Position numbers and translations under genes: made by a program
The notes under the pieces: model-generated
What the model was told of the DNA's origin: nothing
Seen by the model: only the letters and a program-made list of their open reading frames with translations
The model's database searches: none
Shown: positions 35,980-41,714 of the stretch, piece by piece
How positions within the stretch are numbered: the stretch's first letter is position 1
How the letters are laid out: each line of letters opens with the position of its first letter
DNA from: Candidatus Velthaea sp.
GTDB lineage: Bacteria > Vulcanimicrobiota > Vulcanimicrobiia > Vulcanimicrobiales > Vulcanimicrobiaceae
DNA length: 41,714 nt
Assembly: GCA_050012475.1 (NCBI GenBank)
Contig: JBEKHC010000058.1
Location: forward strand, 1 to 41,714
Direction: 5' to 3'

Positions 35980-37427
35980 CCGCGGCCTGCTTGACCCGAA
36001 AGCTCAATGGGGTGAGCAACGTACACGCCGGGCTTGTCGCCGCACAAACGCGGCGTCGGAAACACCTTCTCGGGATTGAGGATGCCGTGCGGGTCGAACG
36101 CCGTCCGCACCAACTTCATCGTCGCGAGGTCGTCGTCCGAAAACTGTTCGCCGAGATAACACGCTTTGTCGTGACCGACGCCGTGTTCGCCGGTCACCGA
36201 TCCGCCGTATTTCAAACACACGCGCAGGATCTCGCCGCCGACGTGTTCGGCCTTGGCCTCCTCACCCGCGACGCGGCCGTCGTAGAGCACGAGCGGGTGC
36301 AGGTTGCCGTCGCCGGCATGAAAGACGTTGGCGACGCGCAGGTTGGCTTCGGCGCCCAGCCGCGCGATCTCACGCAGCACCGCCGCGACGTCCTTGCGCG
36401 GGATGACGCCGTCCTGCACGTAGTAGTTGGGCGAGATGCGCCCCATCGCCGCGAACGCGGCTTTGCGGCCCTTCCACATGAGTTCGCGTTCGGCTTCATC
36501 GCGCGGCGTGCGCATCTCGATCGCACCCGCGGCCTGCATGATCGCGCGCGCCGCCTCAGCGGTGTGCTCGACCTCCGCGCTGATGCCGTCGACATCCATG
36601 AGCAGGGCCGCACCGACATCGAGCGGCCAGTCGACGCGCGTTGCCGCGACGATCGCTTCGATCGCCAGGCCGTCCATCATTTCGATCGCGGCCGGCACGA
36701 TGCCTGACGCGATGATCGAGGACACCGCGCTGCCGGCTTCGTCCGTCGTCGGGAAGGTGGCGAAGATCGTGCGGGTTGCTTGCGGCCGGCGCAAGATCTT
36801 CACGACGACCTCGGTGACGATGCCAAGCAAACCTTCGCTGCCAACGAACACCCCCATGAGATCGTAGCCCAGCGGATCGGGCTCGCCGGCGCTCTCGCCG
36901 ATCGCCACGATGTCGCCGTCCGAGGTGACGATGGTTGCCCCCACCGCGTGATTGACGGTAAAGCCATATTTGAGACAGTGCGCGCCGCCGGAGTTCTCCG
37001 CCACGTTGCCGCCGATCGTGCACACGCTCTGCGACGAAGGATCGGGCGCGTAATAATATCCAAGCGGCGCGAGCTGCCGCGAGAGGTCGAGATTGATGAC
37101 GCCGGGCTGTACGCGCATGCGCCGGTTCGCGAGGTCGACGCCCAGGATTTTGGTCATGCGGGCAAGCCCGATCACGACGCAACCCTCGCACGGCAACGCG
37201 CCGCCCGACAAACCGGTTCCCGCACCGCGCGGTACGATCGGCAAATCCAGCGCGCGCGCTAATTTCACCGCCTCGGCCACCTGCGCCGTCGTTTCGGGCA
37301 GCACGACGACCGCTGGGCGAACGCGAAATCCAGCTAAGCCATCGCACTCATAGGTTCGCAATTCGCTCGGCTTGGTGATGGTGTTCCGTTCGCCGACGAT
37401 GCGTGCAAAGTCGAGCAGCGCTGCCAT
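35976..37427 (-). CDS. glcD: Glycolate oxidase subunit GlcD
   Basis: PRGAGTGLSGG, APDPSS, NSGGAHCLKYG, FHAGDGNLHP, GEHGVG. Confidence 0.93.
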   Translation of the reverse strand: MAALLDFARIVGERNTITKPSELRTYECDGLAGFRVRPAVVVLPETTAQVAEAVKLARALDLPIVPRGAGTGLSGGALPCEGCVVIGLARMTKILGVDLANRRMRVQPGVINLDLSRQLAPLGYYYAPDPSSQSVCTIGGNVAENSGGAHCLKYGFTVNHAVGATIVTSDGDIVAIGESAGEPDPLGYDLMGVFVGSEGLLGIVTEVVVKILRRPQATRTIFATFPTTDEAGSAVSSIIASGIVPAAIEMMDGLAIEAIVAATRVDWPLDVGAALLMDVDGISAEVEHTAEAARAIMQAAGAIEMRTPRDEAERELMWKGRKAAFAAMGRISPNYYVQDGVIPRKDVAAVLREIARLGAEANLRVANVFHAGDGNLHPLVLYDGRVAGEEAKAEHVGGEILRVCLKYGGSVTGEHGVGHDKACYLGEQFSDDDLATMKLVRTAFDPHGILNPEKVFPTPRLCGDKPGVYVAHPIELSGQAGRG

Positions 37428-37650
37428 CGTTCTACCTTCAATGACGGCGGGCAATCGCCCGCTTGGAATACCGTTCGCCCGTGACAGGCGCTCGGGTTCT
37501 AGTATTCCCGCGGCCCGGCGGCAGGCCCGCCTGCGGCGCGGATCGCCCCGGCGCCCGCAGCCGCGCCGGCGACATGCGTCACAAACGCGGTTCATACTGC
37601 CCGCAAGCGCAACCGCTCGATGGAAAGACGCTCCGAAACCAGCGTAGGAA

Positions 37651-38058
37651 ATGCGCGTGTCGCCGCGTATCGCCCGCTACACCCCGTTCAAACTTCCGGA
37701 GCGTCGACCCATCAATCCTCGACTCGTCAACCTGCTTGGTTCGTTCATCGGCGGCACTAGCGCCTACACGTTGGCGCGGCTAGAATTTTGCTTGGAATTC
37801 TCCGAGCGACCGGCGCCGCCAGTATTGGAACGCTTGCCCGATGCCTCCGAACGCACGCTGCGCGAGCGTTGGGATCGGATCGAAAACGAACTCCACGAGA
37901 TCGTCGACTACGTCAAACGGGTCGATGCGGACGTGCGCAGTAAGCGCCGGGCAGCAGCCTCATTCCGATCGCTCAAGCGCACGGTCCGTGAACTCGACCA
38001 ATACGCGCGCGCACTGCGTTGGGTGTTGACGGTGACCGAACAAGACCCGGCCGAATAA
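37651..38058 (+). CDS. Hypothetical protein
   Basis: 135-aa ORF preceded by AGGA; helical charged C-terminal half; divergent from glcD. Confidence 0.65.
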   Translation: MRVSPRIARYTPFKLPERRPINPRLVNLLGSFIGGTSAYTLARLEFCLEFSERPAPPVLERLPDASERTLRERWDRIENELHEIVDYVKRVDADVRSKRRAAASFRSLKRTVRELDQYARALRWVLTVTEQDPAE

Positions 38059-38120
38059 CGAGTTTGGAATTCTCCGGCAAACGCGAATCGGCCGGAACTC
38101 CCGGCGAAAGGGGCCTGTGC

Positions 38121-38647
38121 ATGCGCTATCTTCAAGTCGCAGCCCTAACGTCGTTCCTGTCATCTCCGCAGCGGACCGTGCTCGCGGCGGATCGGCGGTT
38201 CAGAAGCAGCTGCCGGCCGGCGACGTTTATTTTCTCCCGCGGGCGGGCAGCGCGAAGGGGACGGTGGTCTTCGGCGATACGCGCGTGAGCGGTACGCTCG
38301 TGTCCGCGTTGACCGCACACGTCGTCGCCGGGAAGGTGACGTCGATGCATGCGAAGAGCGGCATCGCCGCCGTCAACACATTGTATGGTTCGGGTGGCGT
38401 GGGCCGCGATCTCCTATCGTTCGTGGACTTTGGAACGAACCGGTCCATGAAAGTGCCGGCGACCGGACAGTGGGGCGGCGGGCCGTCAATGGCTGCCGGA
38501 TACGTCACGATGGGCATCGGCAGCAACCTCTTCTTCGGGGGAACCGACGCGTCGCCGTTCTTCTTCTTGTCGAACATCCCGAACGCAACCGTTACCGTCG
38601 ACGGCAAGCCGCTGATCACGAGCGGAACGCTCGCCCTGACGCCGTAA
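38121..38647 (+). pseudogene. Aminopeptidase (M29-like) C-terminal fragment
   Basis: LPAGDVYFLP, DFGTN, VTMGIGSN..FGG, NATVTVDGKPLI resemble the M29 C-terminus; the likely start MRYLQVAALTSFL is in another frame. Confidence 0.6.
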
Positions 38648-38849
38648 CGCGCAACGTGGCCCCGACGCACATGCGAAATGCCTACGGTTTCACGTCGCCG
38701 CCGTGGAAAGTCCGTGACGGTGACACGCAACTGCTCGCGATGAACCGCCCCGCCGATGCATTCCGAATGTCGCGCGATGCCGACGGCCTGGTACCTTCCG
38801 CCGCTGTCGCTGGTTCACCGCGGCGGCGGGGGTCGCGAGCGCACGGACG

Positions 38850-39773
38850 ATGAGGTCGACGGGGCGATCGACGACTCGCGCATTTCCCTTCATCATGGTT
38901 TTGTGCTTTTGCCTGACGGTTGTGCTCACCGCAGCCAACGCTGCGGCTAAACCCGTTACGATCTTTCATGCTAACGATATCATTCCATCGCCTCGACCCA
39001 CAGCGGCCACGCGCTGGACCAATGCACCGGGCCGCCACGCCGTCTCATTGGCTGCCCCGGGCGCAGAGCTGCGTGGCTACGTCTACTCCGGCAGTGCGCC
39101 AAACGCTCCCATGATGCTGCTCTTTGGCGGGAACGGTTACTCGATCTCGAGCGCCGACCGGGGGTACCGGACCTACGCCAGATTTTCCTCGCGCGTTGTC
39201 ACCTATGACTATCGTGGTTACGGATTCAGCACGGGAAGAGCCCACTTTGCCGATTTCGAATCGGACGCGGTTCGCATCCTCGAATATCAGGATCCAAAAC
39301 ACTCCTACGTTCTGAGGTCCGATGCAAAGGTGCTTTTCCATACGGTCGCCATGATGGAGACAATTCGCGCGCCGCTGCTCGTGCTCCAAGGAACACGCGA
39401 CGAGGTGATCGCTCCGACGCAGGGCCGGACGCTCGAACGCGCTGCCGCGTCAGCCGATAAACGCTTTGTTCCAATCGTCGGTGCAAAGCACAGCGGCCTA
39501 CTGAGAAACGGGCAAACGCAAACTGCCGTGCACAACTTCCTAGAGCACGAATCGGCGAAGCCCTTAAGGATTCGCCTCGGCTTCGCTCGACGAATCCATC
39601 GCGTTTGCGGCTCCGCCGCAAGCCGCACGAGCTGCGGCCAGCAATCGGAGTCGACGACGGACGTTAAGGATTCGCCTCGGCTTCGCTCGACGAATCCATC
39701 GCGTTTGCGGCTCCGCCGCAAGCCGCACGAGCTGCGGCCAACGATCGAGTCGACGACGGACGTTAGGGAGTAA
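38850..39773 (+). pseudogene. Alpha/beta hydrolase lacking the nucleophile elbow; frame runs through the downstream repeats
   Basis: LLFGGNG, YDYRGYGFSTG, PLLVLQGTRDEVI and GAKH are present; no GxSxG between them. Confidence 0.65.
39564..39762. repeat. 100-bp tandem duplication of a REP-like palindromic element
   Basis: TTAAGGATTCGCCTCGGCTTCGCTCGACGAATCCATCGCGTTTGCGGCTCCGCCGCAAGCCGC... starts at 39564 and at 39664, near-identical. Confidence 0.95.
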
Positions 39774-41714
39774 CCTGAGCCTCGGGAACCTGATCGTGAA
39801 GCGGATGCTGCTCAGCGATGAGCTTCTCCGCCGGCGGTGCATAGCGCACGAACCGGTCCAGCGCTCCGTCCCAATGCTCGAAGAGCGCCTGCACGCGCGG
39901 CGATTCGGTCGCGAGCAAATGCCGTTCGAGGATGTCGCGCAGGCGAAGCGCCGCGGCGCTTCCCGATTCGACCGCCATCGGCAGCATATCGGTCGGCCCG
40001 ACGCGCAAGCCCGACGGCCGCAACGTGCCCGTTCCGAGCAAGAACACTTCTCCGCCGGACATACCGCTGGCGAAATTGCGCCCGGCACCACCGAGGATCA
40101 CGACGGTTCCCGCCGTCATGTACTCGCAGGCGTGATCGCCCGCGCCCTCGACGACGATCGTCGCGCCGCTGTTGCGCACGGCGAGCCGCTCGCCTGAACC
40201 TCCACTGATGAACGCTTCACCGCCGCGCGCGCCATAGAAGCACGCATTGCCGATGGCGGGCTCGCCCGGGTTGCCGGGCCCGTGAACGACGATCTTCCCG
40301 CCCTCCATGCCCTTGCCGACGTAGTCGTTCGCGTCGCCCTGAAGCTCGAGCACCACACCATCGGTGAGGAACGCGCCAAAACTCTGTCCGGCGCTCCCCG
40401 CATAGCGATGCGTCACCTCGGTGACCGCTTCGCCGCGAATCCGCCGCTCCACGATCTGATGCGCAACCCGGGCCCCGACCGCACGATCGGCCGGCTTGAT
40501 CGGCATGACTTGGCCAAAGGCCGGCTGGTCGTCGATGTGCCGGCGCTCCTCGACGAAGGGCGCATTCACGCTCTCCATCCGTTCGGGCAGCCGTAGAATC
40601 GCACTCAGGTCGATGCTGCGCTCCCAGCCGCCGAGGTCGGAGCGTGGCCGCAGCAAGTCCGAACGGCCATGGATATCATCGAGGCTGCGCGCGCCCAGAC
40701 GCGCCAACCGGCGGCGAACGTCGCGGGCGATGAACGTCAGAAACCGCTCGGCGTCTTCGGGCGTGCCTTTGAATTTGGCGCGCAGCTCGGGATCCTGCGT
40801 GGCGATGCCGACCGGACAGGTGTTCTTATGGCATTGCCGCGCGTAGATGCAGCCCAGCGAGACCAGCAGCGCACTGCCGAAGGCCATGTCGTCGGCGCCC
40901 AACATCGCCGCCAGCACCACGTCGCGGCCGGTTTTAAAACCGCCGTCGACGCGCAAGCGCACGCGCGAGCGCAGGCCGTTGGTGATCAGGGCGTGATGTG
41001 TCTCGACCAGACCCAGTTCCCACGGCAGACCGGCATTCTTGATCGACGACAGCGGCGAAGCGCCCGTGCCGCCGTCGTGACCGCTGATGTGAATGACGTC
41101 GGCGCGCGCTTTCGCCACGCCGCTGGCGACGTAGCCGATCCCGGCTTGACTCACCAGTTTGACCGCGATGCGCGCTTGCGGCGCAGCGCGGCGCAAATCG
41201 TAGATCAGCTCGGCCAGATCTTCGATCGAATAGATGTCGTGATGCGGGGGCGGCGAGATCAACGCTTGACCGGGCGTCGCGCCGCGCAGCACGGCTATTT
41301 CGGGCGTGACCTTGAAACCCGGAATCTGGCCGCCTTCGCCGGGCTTCGAGCCCTGAGCCATTTTGATTTCGATCTCGTCGGCGCTGGCCAGATAGGTTGC
41401 GCCGACACCGAAGCGGCCCGAAGCAACCTGTTTGATGGTGCTGCGGCCGGAATCGGGCGTGCGCGAGTACCGGCGAGCTTGCTCGCCGCCCTCGCCGGAA
41501 TTACTCAGCGAACCCAAGCGCGCGGCGCCGATCGCGATCGTTTCATGCGCTTCGGGTGACAGCGCGCCGATCGACATCGCCGCGGTGACGAAGTGCTTGA
41601 CGATCTCCTCGGCCGGCTCGATCGCATCGAGCGGTGGAGCTTCACCCATCGGCAGCGCTTCGACCAGTTCGCGCAGGGCGATCGGTTCGCGTGCTTGCAT
41701 CTCGTCCGAGAGTT
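39763..41714 (-). CDS. gltB: Glutamate synthase large subunit, 3' part (continues beyond the window)
   Basis: SNSGEGGE, IKQVASGRFGV, QGSKPGEGGQ, SPPPHHDIYSIEDL, GCIYARQCHKNTCPVGIATQ, GXGXG-domain motifs. Confidence 0.97.
   Translation of the reverse strand, partial: LSDEMQAREPIALRELVEALPMGEAPPLDAIEPAEEIVKHFVTAAMSIGALSPEAHETIAIGAARLGSLSNSGEGGEQARRYSRTPDSGRSTIKQVASGRFGVGATYLASADEIEIKMAQGSKPGEGGQIPGFKVTPEIAVLRGATPGQALISPPPHHDIYSIEDLAELIYDLRRAAPQARIAVKLVSQAGIGYVASGVAKARADVIHISGHDGGTGASPLSSIKNAGLPWELGLVETHHALITNGLRSRVRLRVDGGFKTGRDVVLAAMLGADDMAFGSALLVSLGCIYARQCHKNTCPVGIATQDPELRAKFKGTPEDAERFLTFIARDVRRRLARLGARSLDDIHGRSDLLRPRSDLGGWERSIDLSAILRLPERMESVNAPFVEERRHIDDQPAFGQVMPIKPADRAVGARVAHQIVERRIRGEAVTEVTHRYAGSAGQSFGAFLTDGVVLELQGDANDYVGKGMEGGKIVVHGPGNPGEPAIGNACFYGARGGEAFISGGSGERLAVRNSGATIVVEGAGDHACEYMTAGTVVILGGAGRNFASGMSGGEVFLLGTGTLRPSGLRVGPTDMLPMAVESGSAAALRLRDILERHLLATESPRVQALFEHWDGALDRFVRYAPPAEKLIAEQHPLHDQVPEAQVTP

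Noticed and set aside
39564..39762. CRISPR array
   Set aside because: Two near-identical 100-bp units with no unique spacer

Overview
High-GC bacterial chromosome segment. My impression from gene style is a soil Terrabacteria lineage such as Eremiobacterota/Vulcanimicrobiota, but this is unverified. Bases 1-5640 are a decaying accessory island: a transaldolase pseudogene fused tail-to-tail with a truncated acr3, arsI, arsR with its promoter/operator, and two degenerate Cre-like tyrosine recombinase genes flanking a lower-GC DUF262/HNH (GmrSD-like) gene and a Zn-ribbon gene. An AT-rich iterated site marks the right border. The rest looks like core genome: LigC and a Prim-Pol, propionyl-CoA synthetase, GH125, an ECF sigma factor coupled to a zinc anti-sigma/O6-alkylguanine alkyltransferase fusion, a candidate structured small RNA, a PHP phosphatase with a long acidic linker and histone-H1-like tail, a peptide-binding protein, pyrE, an MBL hydrolase, bcp, a methyltransferase, rhodanese-thiG-thiS, ETF-QO, an M14 peptidase, tartrate/D-malate dehydrogenase, an XRE-PBP regulator with modBCA-trmO, a ferritin-like protein, glcDEF, two internally deleted hydrolase pseudogenes and the 3' part of gltB. 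A REP-like hairpin family recurs in four intergenic regions. The best candidates for something new are the ECF/ZAS-Ogt pair (a possible alkylation-sensing switch), the adjacent ncRNA-like element with an 11-nt 16S-complementary tract, and the PHP-acidic-basic tri-block protein. No rRNA, tRNA or CRISPR array was seen. All calls are by eye from motifs; no searches were run.
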